Below, piece by piece: positions 55,074 to 64,000 of a stretch of 64,000 bases of DNA. The number at the start of each line of letters is the position of its first letter. Position 1 is the stretch's first letter. A model generated the notes under the pieces. The model made no database searches. It was given only the letters and a program-made list of their open reading frames with translations, and was not told where the DNA came from. This stretch comes from Candidatus Poribacteria bacterium (GTDB lineage Bacteria > Poribacteria > WGA-4E > PCPOR2b): the NCBI GenBank assembly GCA_965215015.1, contig OZ244042.1, positions 5,120,001 to 5,184,000 on the forward strand, written 5' to 3'. The position numbers and the translations under genes are program-made.

Positions 55074-58000
55074 ATGACAACCCTTAATCTCAAACCGACA
55101 CACAAACCCATCAGAGACTACTACACTGCACTCGACCAATTCAATCAGCTCGGCTTTACACACGAAACTGCTGTCCGATCGGCGTTCCAATCCCTCCTCC
55201 AATATTGCGGACGAGCGTTTAACCGGACCCTGGTGCCTGAGTACTCGATAGCCCTCCGTCAAAACAGGCGGATTGTTGTTGACGGTGCATTGATTGACAA
55301 TTTTAACCTGATTCACGGCTATTGGGAGGCGAAGGATAGCCACGACGACCTGATTACCGAAATCGGACGAAAGTTTCAAAAAGGATACCCTCGCAACAAT
55401 ATCCTCTTCCAAACCCCACACCGCGCCCACCTTTGGCAGAACGGTCAGCAGATACGCCAAGCCGACCTCACCGACCCAACCCAACTGATAAAGATTCTCG
55501 ACACCTTTTTTGCATACCGTCCACCAGAATACACCCAATGGGAGGAGGCAGTCGCCCATTTCAAGGACAGAGTCCCCGACATCGGGAGCGAGTTGGCAGA
55601 TTTAATCCAAAAGGAACGGGAGGCCAACCCCCACTTTACCGGGGCATTTAAGGCTTTTTATGAGAAATGCCAGCAATCAATCAACCCCAATCTTTCCGAA
55701 GCCGCTGTCGAGGAGATGCTTATCCAACACCTGTTGACCGAGCGCATCTTCCGCACAGTTTTCGATAACCCCGATTTCACCCGCCGCAATGTCATTGCCA
55801 ATGAGATTGAGAAGGTAATAGACGCGCTCACATCACAGTCGTTTAGCCGCGATGATTTTCTCCGTAGCCTTGACCCGTTCTATGCAGCCATCGAGCGCAC
55901 CGCGGCAACAATCAACGACTTCTCCCAAAAACAGGGATTTCTCAACACGGTTTACGAGCAGTTTTTTCAAGGTTTTTCGGTGGAGGTCGCCGATACACAC
56001 GGTATCGTCTACACGCCGCAGCCGATTGTTGATTTTATGGTGAGAAGTGTTGAGGAGATATTAAAGACTGAATTTAATCGGTCGGTCTCCGATGCCGGTG
56101 TCCACATCATCGACCCGTTTGTGGGAACGGGCAATTTTATCGTGCGGACGATGCGCGAGATTCGCAAGACTGTGCTGTCGCAAAAGTACACAACAGAGTT
56201 GCACTGCAACGAGGTGATGCTGCTGCCGTACTACATTGCCTCAATGAACATTGAGCATGAATTTTACGAGGCGATAGGTACGTATCGTCCCTTTGATGGC
56301 ATCTGTCTTGTGGATACGTTTGAACTGGCAGAGGCCCGACAGTTGCCGCTATTCGCGCCGGAGAACACTCAACGCGTTGAGGAGCAGAAGAACACCCCGA
56401 TGTTTGTGATTATCGGCAATCCACCTTACAATGTTGGTCAGGTCAACGAGAACGACAACAACAAAAATCGGAAATATCCAACGATAGATGCGCGGGTCAA
56501 GGATACCTATTCGCAAAACTCCACAGCGACGAATAAAAACGCATTGGCGGATTCTTATGTGAAGGCGATTCGGTGGGCATCGGACCGGATTGGAGAAGAA
56601 GGGGTTGTCGCTTTCGTAACAAACAACAGCTTTCTCGACAGTGTGGCGTTCGACGGAATGCGAAAACATCTCGCAGCCGATTTCGACACGATTTATATTC
56701 TGGACTTGGGCGGAAACGCCCGGAAGGGATTGAAGGTCTCGAATGCCAATGTGTTTGGAATACGGGTCGGCGTGAGCATTAATCTATTTGTGAAGAACAG
56801 ACGGGCGATGAATCGCCCTACTACAAACAGAGGGGGATCGGTCTCTGCTTGTATCTTTTACTATCGCACCGATGACCAATGGAACAAAAAACAGAAATTC
56901 GATTTTCTGGAGGAACGTGGACATATAGGTAATATAGATTGGCAGACCATTCGCCCCGACACACGCTACACATGGCTGACAGAAGGGCTCCACGCCGAAT
57001 TTGAAACCTTTATCCCAATGGGAAATCAGGAAGCGAAGGCAGGAAAAGACGAGGCGGTAGGTGTGATTTTCAAAACTTATAGCCTCGGCATCAACACTGC
57101 CCGGGACGCATGGGCTTACAACTTCAACCGAAATCGACTCATACAGAACATGAGACTGACGATTGACACCTACAATGTGGAAGTCGATCGGTGGAAACGT
57201 CGTGAGGATCAATCTGAAAATCTTGACGATTTTGTGCTATCTGATGACAGCAAAATCAAGTGGAGTTCTGCCTTAAAACAGAAGCTGAAAAGTGGGCAGC
57301 TCGCAGAATTTGCAAACACAAAAATCCGACAATCACTCTACCGTCCGTTCACAAAATCAAACCTATTTTCGGATCGCGTGATAAACCATAGAGTTCACGT
57401 TTTCCCCACCATCTTTCCCACATCTGAAACTGAACAAGAAAATCGGGTGATTTGCGTTGCTGGCATTGGTGATAGAAAAGGCTTTGGTTGTCTTATAACA
57501 AACAGGATTCCTACCTTAGATTTAGCCTTTGAAAAGGCCCAATGCTTCCCCTTTTACACCTACGACGAAGACGGAACAAACCGCCGCGAAAACATCACCG
57601 ATTGGGTGTTGGCACAATTCCGAACACATTATCAAGATGAGAACATCACCAAGTGGGACATTTTTCATTACGTCTACGCCCTCTTGCATCACCCTGACTA
57701 TCGGGAACGGTATCAAGCAAACCTCAAGCGGGACCTGCCGCGCCTGCCGCATACCCCCGACTTTTGGGGGTTTGCCAAAGCGGGACAGCGATTGGAGGAA
57801 ATCCACATCGGCTATGAGGAGATGCCCGAATATCAGCTCGCATTCATCGAAAACCGTGAGGTGCCGCTCGATTGGCGGGTGAAGAAGATGAAGTTGTCCC
57901 AAGACAAAACGCAAATAAAATACAACGAGTTCCTAACCCTCGACGGGATACCTGCAAAGGCGTTTGACTATCCGCTTGGGAATCGGACAGCGTTGGAATG

Positions 58001-58166
58001 GGTAATCAACCAGTATTGCGTCAAGACAGACAAGCGTAGCGGCATCCTCAACGACCCGAACCGGGAGGACGATCCAGAGTACATCGTCAAGCTAATCGGG
58101 AAGGTGATCACGGTCAGTTTGGAGACAGTGGCGATTGTGGATGGATTGCCGGTGCTTACATCATGA
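55074..58166 (+). CDS. Single-chain restriction-modification enzyme (nuclease + N6-adenine MTase + type ISP/LlaBIII-like specificity domain, no helicase)
   Basis: N-terminal VDGALID..YWEAKD (PD-(D/E)xK-like), GIVYTPQPIVDF, IDPFVGTGNF (motif I), GNPPY (motif IV) and C-terminal YRPF, YVYALLHHPDYRERY, ALEWVINQY. Confidence 0.9.
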   Translation: MTTLNLKPTHKPIRDYYTALDQFNQLGFTHETAVRSAFQSLLQYCGRAFNRTLVPEYSIALRQNRRIVVDGALIDNFNLIHGYWEAKDSHDDLITEIGRKFQKGYPRNNILFQTPHRAHLWQNGQQIRQADLTDPTQLIKILDTFFAYRPPEYTQWEEAVAHFKDRVPDIGSELADLIQKEREANPHFTGAFKAFYEKCQQSINPNLSEAAVEEMLIQHLLTERIFRTVFDNPDFTRRNVIANEIEKVIDALTSQSFSRDDFLRSLDPFYAAIERTAATINDFSQKQGFLNTVYEQFFQGFSVEVADTHGIVYTPQPIVDFMVRSVEEILKTEFNRSVSDAGVHIIDPFVGTGNFIVRTMREIRKTVLSQKYTTELHCNEVMLLPYYIASMNIEHEFYEAIGTYRPFDGICLVDTFELAEARQLPLFAPENTQRVEEQKNTPMFVIIGNPPYNVGQVNENDNNKNRKYPTIDARVKDTYSQNSTATNKNALADSYVKAIRWASDRIGEEGVVAFVTNNSFLDSVAFDGMRKHLAADFDTIYILDLGGNARKGLKVSNANVFGIRVGVSINLFVKNRRAMNRPTTNRGGSVSACIFYYRTDDQWNKKQKFDFLEERGHIGNIDWQTIRPDTRYTWLTEGLHAEFETFIPMGNQEAKAGKDEAVGVIFKTYSLGINTARDAWAYNFNRNRLIQNMRLTIDTYNVEVDRWKRREDQSENLDDFVLSDDSKIKWSSALKQKLKSGQLAEFANTKIRQSLYRPFTKSNLFSDRVINHRVHVFPTIFPTSETEQENRVICVAGIGDRKGFGCLITNRIPTLDLAFEKAQCFPFYTYDEDGTNRRENITDWVLAQFRTHYQDENITKWDIFHYVYALLHHPDYRERYQANLKRDLPRLPHTPDFWGFAKAGQRLEEIHIGYEEMPEYQLAFIENREVPLDWRVKKMKLSQDKTQIKYNEFLTLDGIPAKAFDYPLGNRTALEWVINQYCVKTDKRSGILNDPNREDDPEYIVKLIGKVITVSLETVAIVDGLPVLTS

Positions 58167-58223
58167 TCGATTGGAGGGTGGCAATCTGAACATGCACCCT
58201 CGCTTCCATTGCCCCACAATTAG

Positions 58224-59411
58224 TTATCCTGAAAATCCGCTAATCCACTAAATCCTGATTCAGACAAGATATTATCAAAACTATCCGAAAGGTCATCACA
58301 GTCAGTTCGCAGACAGTAGCGATTGTCGATGGATTGCCGGTGCTTACATCGTGATCGATTGGAGGGTGGCAATCTGAAGATGCTCCCTCGCTTCCATTTA
58401 ACCACAATGGGTTATCCTGAAAATCCGCTAATCCACTAAATCCTGATTCAGACAAGATATTATCAAAATTATCGGAAAGGTCATCACGGTCAGTTTGGAG
58501 ACAGTGGCAATTGTGGATGGATTGCCGGATTTGGGAATCTGAAGATGCACCCTCGCTTCCATTTAACCACAATTAGTTATCCTGAAAATCCGCTAATCCA
58601 CTAAATCCTGATTCAGACAATCTCAACCCTCAACGGGACACCTGCAAAGGCGTTTGACTATCGGCTTGGGAATCGGACAGCGTTGGAATGGATAATCAAC
58701 CAGTATTGCGTCAAGACGGACAAGCGTAGCGGCATCCTCAACGACCCGAACCGTCAGGAGAATCCACAATATATTGTCAAAATTATCGGAAAGGTGATTA
58801 CGGTCAGTTTGGAGACGGGGGCGATTGTGCAAGGATTGCCGGATTGGGGAATCTGAAGATGCGCCCTCGCTTCCATTTCCCCGCAATGGGTTATCCTGAA
58901 AATCCGCTAATCCACTCAATCCTGATTCAGACAATCTCAACCCTCGACGGGACACCTGCAAAGGCGTTTGACTATCGGCTTGGAATCGGACAGCGTTGGA
59001 ATGGATAATCAACCAGTATTGCATCAAGACGGACAAGCGTAGCGGCATCCTCAACGACCCGAACCGTCAGGAGAATCCACAATATATTGTCAAAATTATC
59101 GGAAAGGTCATCACGGTCAGTTTGGAGACGGGGGCGATTGTGCAAGGATTGCCGGATTGGGGAATCTGAAGATGCGCCCTCGCTTCCATTTAACCACAGT
59201 TGGTTATCCCGAAAATCCGCTAATCCACTCAATCCTGATTCAGACAATATATTATCAAAATTATCGGGAAGGTGATCACGGTCAGTTCGGAGACGGGGGC
59301 GATTGTGCAAGGATTGCCGGATTGGGGAATCTGAAGATGCGCCCTCGCTTCTATTTCCCACAATGGGTTATCCTGAAAATCCGCTAATCCAGTAAATCCT
59401 GATTCAGACAA
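58224..59411 (+). repeat. Array of six 44-bp repeats separating five partial copies of the R-M gene 3' end
   Basis: TTATCCTGAAAATCCGCTAATCCACTAAATCCTGATTCAGACAA at 58224, 58412, 58577, 58891, 59204 and 59368; the intervening units (188, 165, 314, 313 and 164 bp including the repeat) are homologous to 57935-58222. Confidence 0.95.
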
Positions 59412-59446
59412 TCTCCCAATCTTTTGGACCTTCCCTTAATTTTCCC

Positions 59447-59475
59447 TTGACCTGCTGTCCCTCCGATGCTATGAT
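59447..59475 (+). promoter_or_regulatory. Sigma70-type promoter
   Basis: TTGACC-N17-TATGAT with TG, upstream of the SDR operon. Confidence 0.55.
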
Positions 59476-59609
59476 AAAAACACAATATCCGATATTTTTA
59501 AGCGTGGAGGAGGGTGCGCTCACGGTTCTTCATGCTGCCAATATCTGATTTAAGACCAACCCCAAAACAGGGTATCCAATCCATAGAATAGAATGAGGAG
59601 ATATAATAG

Positions 59610-60362
59610 ATGAGTACAAAGGTTGCTATTGTTACAGGAGCTGGCTCTAACATTGGCCAACGAACGGTGCTCGCGCTGCTAGGCGAAGGGTATTCCGTTA
59701 CCCTAGCCGGACGGCGTGCGGAAGCCTTAGAGGACACAGCTGCACAGGCGGGAGAAGCACACTCACGGACGTTAATTGTGCCCACAGATGTGACAGATCC
59801 CGCCTCCATTAAAACCTTGTTCGCCAAGACAAAGGAGACCTTTGGCAGGCTCGACCTACTGTTTAATAATGCGGGAGTCGGTGCGCCGGGCGTCCCTTTA
59901 GAAGACCTGACCTACGAGCAATGGAAGACGGTCGTGGACACCAACCTGACCGGCTCATTCTTGTGCACGCAGGAAGCGTTCAAGATTATGAAGGACCAAG
60001 ACCCTAGAGGAGGACGCATCATCAATAACGGTTCCGTATCGGCGCATGTGCCGCGCGTCAACTCCGCGCCCTACGCTTCCACCAAACACGCGCTGACCGG
60101 GCTAACGAAATCAACCTCCCTTGATGGACGTAAATATGATATTGCGTGTGGACAAATTGACATCGGCAATGCGTCGATTGACGCCGCCCAGAGAAGCGAT
60201 ACCGGCAGCCTCCAACCGAATGGATCTCTCATGGTCGAGCCCCGAATGGACACAGATGATATTGCACGCGCCGTCGTATTTATGGCAAGCCTACCACTGG
60301 AGGCAAACGTGCTATTCACAACCGTCATGGCGACAAAGATGCCCTATGTTGGGCGTGCGTAA
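59610..60362 (+). CDS. SDR family oxidoreductase
   Basis: [19 protein letters not shown] and [11 protein letters not shown]. Confidence 0.93.
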   Translation: MSTKVAIVTGAGSNIGQRTVLALLGEGYSVTLAGRRAEALEDTAAQAGEAHSRTLIVPTDVTDPASIKTLFAKTKETFGRLDLLFNNAGVGAPGVPLEDLTYEQWKTVVDTNLTGSFLCTQEAFKIMKDQDPRGGRIINNGSVSAHVPRVNSAPYASTKHALTGLTKSTSLDGRKYDIACGQIDIGNASIDAAQRSDTGSLQPNGSLMVEPRMDTDDIARAVVFMASLPLEANVLFTTVMATKMPYVGRA

Positions 60363-60494
60363 CGGTTTGAACGAAGCGGTCTGGCTGTGATCCCCCACAT
60401 TGAGCGAGACTATCTAGACCTATTTCAACGCAAATTGTCTCCAATTCCAGTCGATCGAGATTCATATCTTCCTGCCAGATGGAGAGAATTCACA

Positions 60495-60869
60495 ATGGCT
60501 GACAGACAACAGATCCAGCAGTGGTTGGACAAGCTACGCGCCGGTACGCTAGTGGAGGCGGATTTCCAACAGGCGTTGGACCGTCTAACTGACGGGGGCT
60601 TCGAGGGCGACCCGCCGAAGCGGCAGCGATTGCTGTATCTGAACACCAGCAACACGGGCGTTGATTCCCAAGTTCTCGGCATGGCACTGGTAGAAAATGG
60701 TCAAATCCTCGAAGGACCAGACGATGCGGACGAGTGGCCCTATAACTCCGTGCTTGATGCGATGAACGATGGCTGGCGGGTGATCAAGTTCCCGGAGATG
60801 GCATTGCTGCTCCAAGAAGATAAGACCTTTGGCCTCGGATGCGAATTTATCCTCGAAAAATTAACCTGA
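60495..60869 (+). CDS. Conserved-looking hypothetical protein
   Basis: GGAGAG RBS; RQRLLYL, WPYNSVLDAMNDGWRVIKFP and EFILEK; directly upstream of a PhyH gene. Confidence 0.7.
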   Translation: MADRQQIQQWLDKLRAGTLVEADFQQALDRLTDGGFEGDPPKRQRLLYLNTSNTGVDSQVLGMALVENGQILEGPDDADEWPYNSVLDAMNDGWRVIKFPEMALLLQEDKTFGLGCEFILEKLT

Positions 60870-60902
60870 AACCGTAACTGTGAGTTGCAAAGGAGTTTTT
60901 TG

Positions 60903-61808
60903 ATGAACCCGACGACATTGGCCCCGGTTGAACGCATCGGAATCCCACATGGCGAGCCCACAATAGGAGGAACCTACGATTGTGAACCCACGCTGAACGA
61001 CCAAGAGGTGTTTGAATTTTGCCGTAAGGGGTATCTGCTGCTCGAAGGTGTGGTCGAAGACGAGGTCAATCAGCGCATGATGGACTTTGTGGACGAGCAC
61101 CCGGAGCACCAACCGCTTGAACTGTTGACCGAAGACTGGTTTGTTGATAGCGTATTCAAAAATCCACAAGCGGCGGGGGCCGTCAGATCGTTGCTCGGCA
61201 AAAACTTCAAGCTGCCTCAGACGCTGTGTAATCACCGTGCCCAATGTCCAGCACCGCCCCAGGGGTGGCATCGGGACGGCGGGTCAATTTATACCCCACG
61301 CTTGGACTATCTGCAAGTGTTCTATTATCCACAGGACACACCGAAGGAGGCGGGGCCAACCGAGGTCATTCCCGGCTCCCACTTCCTGCGGACCAAAGCG
61401 AACTACATGGCGCACTTACGCAGTGTGAAACTCTCCGTACCAACCACCGCACCGGCGGGTTCTATCTTCATCACCGTCTATTCGATATGGCACCGCAAAG
61501 GTCGGAGCACCATCAACGGCTTCCGCAACCTGTTCAAATACAATTACTGGCGGACGACTGAACCGTGCCGGGACTGGAAAATTGAACCCAATTTTGACTT
61601 TTCTTGGCCCTCTTTCAACAGTGAACCCCACTTCGAGCAGTTTAAGTGTGGCATCGCTGCTGCTGAAATGTTCTGCTGGTTATCCGGCGAAGATTACCAG
61701 CATACTGGCGGTCAATGTTGGCCCTGTGAAGCTCCTGTCAAGCCACCGGCGTGTGACCAAGAGGGGTTGCCGAGCGGATTACGACGATATTCGGAGGCCC
61801 AGATATGA
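60903..61808 (+). CDS. PhyH family Fe(II)/2OG oxygenase
   Basis: QGWHRD, YYPQDT..GPTEVIPGSH and AGSIFIT..SIWHR. Confidence 0.88.
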   Translation: MNPTTLAPVERIGIPHGEPTIGGTYDCEPTLNDQEVFEFCRKGYLLLEGVVEDEVNQRMMDFVDEHPEHQPLELLTEDWFVDSVFKNPQAAGAVRSLLGKNFKLPQTLCNHRAQCPAPPQGWHRDGGSIYTPRLDYLQVFYYPQDTPKEAGPTEVIPGSHFLRTKANYMAHLRSVKLSVPTTAPAGSIFITVYSIWHRKGRSTINGFRNLFKYNYWRTTEPCRDWKIEPNFDFSWPSFNSEPHFEQFKCGIAAAEMFCWLSGEDYQHTGGQCWPCEAPVKPPACDQEGLPSGLRRYSEAQI

Positions 61809-62689
61809 ACATCGGTTTCATCGGTATTGGACGTATGGGAGGCTTCATGGCACGAAATCTTGTCAAAGGCGGGCATACCCTAACGGTGTTTGATACCCAC
61901 AAGGAAGCGGCTGAAGAATTGTTGTCGCAGGGGGCATCATGGGCGGAGAGCCCACGCGCCGTAGCAGCAGCGAGTCAAGCCGTGTTCACGGCACTGCCGC
62001 GTCCCCAAGATGTGGAGGTCGTTGCGCTAGGAGATTGCGGCATCCTCGACGGTGCTGCACCAGGTTTAGCATACTTTGACCTGAGCACCACCGATCCGGA
62101 TACCATCCATCGGATAGCCGCTGCTGCGAAGCCCAAAGGTATCCATGTGTTGGATACCCCGGTCAGTGGTGGTGTCAGCGGTGCCGAGCAGGCGACATTG
62201 TGTATCATGGTCGGGGGCGACCCGTCGGTCTATACGTCTTACAAGCCTCTCCTTGAACTGATTGGCGAAAAAGTTATTTACTGCGGCGAGCAAGGTATGG
62301 GAGCAGTTTGCAAAATTGTGAATAACCTCATTAATCTTGGCAACTACGTTTTGGTGTCAGAAGCACTGACGCTCGGACTCAAAGCCGGTGCCCAGACAGA
62401 GATCCTGTTTGAGGCAATCTCTCACAGCTCCGGCAATACCGAATGTATGCAGGAATTCCCCGCAAGTCTGTTCCAAGGTAATTTTGAGCCGGGATTTCAG
62501 CTAGACCTTGGGGCGAAAGATGTCGGTCTGGCAACGAAGATGGGGCGTCAATTGTGTCTGCCGATGGAGCTAGCTAATATCATCGAACAGCGTTTCACCG
62601 AAGCGCGAAACCGGGGGTGGGGACAGCTGGCATCGGTCTCAGTGACGCGGCTTCAGGAAGAACAGGCGGGTGTGAAGATTCGCGCGTGA
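61805..62689 (+). CDS. Beta-hydroxyacid dehydrogenase (3-hydroxyisobutyrate/2-hydroxy-3-oxopropionate reductase family)
   Basis: GFIGIGRMG, DTPVSGG, KIVNN and FQLDLGAKD. Confidence 0.92.
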   Translation: MNIGFIGIGRMGGFMARNLVKGGHTLTVFDTHKEAAEELLSQGASWAESPRAVAAASQAVFTALPRPQDVEVVALGDCGILDGAAPGLAYFDLSTTDPDTIHRIAAAAKPKGIHVLDTPVSGGVSGAEQATLCIMVGGDPSVYTSYKPLLELIGEKVIYCGEQGMGAVCKIVNNLINLGNYVLVSEALTLGLKAGAQTEILFEAISHSSGNTECMQEFPASLFQGNFEPGFQLDLGAKDVGLATKMGRQLCLPMELANIIEQRFTEARNRGWGQLASVSVTRLQEEQAGVKIRA

Positions 62690-62799
62690 ACTTTGGGATT
62701 CGTTTGGCGGCTATTGGAGCGGGGCGGAGTCGGACATCAAACGGAAGCCGGTTGATTCTCTTGATATTCCAAAAAAACTTGAATGAGACGAGGTGAACT

Positions 62800-63867
62800 A
62801 TGAAGGTCGGTACATTTATGATGCCGCTGCATCCACCAGAAAAAGATCGGACACAGACATTTGAAGAGGACGTAGAATGCGTTATCTGGGCAGACGAACT
62901 CGGATTCAGTGAAGCTTGGATTGGGCAGCACCATACCGCAGGGTGGGAGCCGATTCCTTCTAATGATGTATTCATCGCCCACATGTTGCCACAGACGGAA
63001 AATATTCGCTTGGGCACCGGCGTGACTATCATCACCCAACATCATCCTGCCAACGTCGCTGTCAGGCTTGCCTATCTCGATCACCTAGCGAAGGGAAGAC
63101 TCAACGTCGGGTTTGGACAGGGCGGTGTGCCGACCGATTGGGCCTTGTTTGACCTACCCGACCCTCGGACGCAAGGGTTGATGACCCTCGAAGCGATGGA
63201 CATCGTCCTCAAACTCTGGCAGGAAGATGGACCCTTCGAGTTCAAGGGGGATTACTGGAACGTCAAACTCGACGAGAAGGTGCCCGAACTCGGGTTAGGA
63301 CAGGTTTTGAAACCGTACCAGCAACCGTACCCGCCAATTGCGATGAGCATCGTCAGGGAAGAGTCGATGGCAGCGACGACAGGGGGGCAGCGGGGGTTCA
63401 TTCCAATCAGCATCAACATGGCACCGCCTCACAAGGTAAAGCGGCAGTGGGAGCTTTACTGCGAAGGTGCCCTTCAAGCCGGGCGCGAACCTGACCGTTC
63501 AGAATGGCGGATCTCCCGCAGCATATTTGTCGGAGAATCGGATGCGGAAGCACGGGAACATGCCTTGAACGGTGCATTCGCCGCTTCGTTGGTCTACCTA
63601 CGCGGTATGCTCACACTTGCCCGGATGCAGGACCTGCTGAAACAGAACCCAGAAATGCCAGACGAAGCGGTTGATGCCGAATATATCATCGACAACATCG
63701 CTATCGTCGGCAGCGTTGACACGGTCACGCGAAAGCTTCAGGACCTCTACGATCTCACCGGCGGTTTCGGCACAGTGTTGATGATTGGGCACGATTGGGA
63801 TGACAAGGCGAAGATGCGCCAGTCGATGGAATTGATGGCAAAAGAGGTTATCCCCCAACTGCCGTGA
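62800..63867 (+). CDS. LLM-class flavin-dependent monooxygenase
   Basis: FMMPLHPP, ADELGFSEAWIGQHH, IRLGTGV, HHPANVA and KPYQQPYPP. Confidence 0.92.
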   Translation: MKVGTFMMPLHPPEKDRTQTFEEDVECVIWADELGFSEAWIGQHHTAGWEPIPSNDVFIAHMLPQTENIRLGTGVTIITQHHPANVAVRLAYLDHLAKGRLNVGFGQGGVPTDWALFDLPDPRTQGLMTLEAMDIVLKLWQEDGPFEFKGDYWNVKLDEKVPELGLGQVLKPYQQPYPPIAMSIVREESMAATTGGQRGFIPISINMAPPHKVKRQWELYCEGALQAGREPDRSEWRISRSIFVGESDAEAREHALNGAFAASLVYLRGMLTLARMQDLLKQNPEMPDEAVDAEYIIDNIAIVGSVDTVTRKLQDLYDLTGGFGTVLMIGHDWDDKAKMRQSMELMAKEVIPQLP

Positions 63868-64000
63868 AGGGTAGGGAAGGCGGTAGTGAAAAGGAAAGCA
63901 GTTCAAATACAATCGCTCAAGATTATTGTTGAAGGGCACTTAATGGGTATGTCGTCTATCCAAGCAGTATGTAGGTTGGGTTGAACGGAACCAATGGAAA

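Noticed and set aside
58224-59411. CRISPR array
   Set aside because: The spacers are 120-270 bp, homologous to each other and to the adjacent gene; the repeat is non-palindromic; no cas genes are in the window.
57935-59411. Diversity-generating retroelement VR/TR pair
   Set aside because: No reverse transcriptase is in the window, and the differences between copies are not confined to adenines and include indels.
58220-59411. Minus-strand ORFs with repeated LSESGFSGLADFQDN peptides
   Set aside because: These are translations of the DNA repeat, with no RBS or other independent coding evidence.
1-64000. Numerous 60-230 aa ORFs overlapping or antisense to well-supported genes
   Set aside because: They are shadow ORFs without recognisable motifs or ribosome-binding sites.

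Overview
A 64-kb bacterial chromosomal segment of about 50% GC. The host is probably Candidatus Poribacteria or a relative. This is inferred from a decayed 'LPNYPNP.NPETWIPYQL...HWDGRN..GE.V.TGVYFY' C-terminal domain, several PhyH/SDR/LLM enzymes and dense short intergenic repeats. Core or metabolic content: tRNA-Thr, tRNA-Phe, mnmA, comEA-like, pckA, asd, an Ogg-type glycosylase, a short UvrC-like nuclease, an SbcC-like ATPase, a XDH-family Mo enzyme and many oxidoreductases. The most notable accessory features are: (1) two arrays of partial gene copies built around the same AATCC..AATCCTGATTC(A/T)GACAA repeat, namely four 365-bp copies of the 5' end of a DUF815 ATPase gene (joined by a GTAG-type palindrome) and five diverged copies of the 3' end of a single-chain restriction-modification gene; (2) an overlapping SNF2 helicase plus sacsin/GHKL-ATPase-HNH gene pair, a candidate anti-phage system; (3) an ECF sigma / soluble ZAS anti-sigma locus followed by a recombining tandem array of membrane-anchored proteins and small secreted Cys-containing proteins; (4) a Rieske-GAF-PAS sigma54 activator divergent from a Rieske-helical protein, with visible -24/-12 and enhancer sites; (5) REP/MITE-like elements, including copies retained in frame inside coding sequences. 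No CRISPR-cas, reverse transcriptase, integrase or intact transposase was recognised. All protein calls are by eye from motifs, not from database searches.
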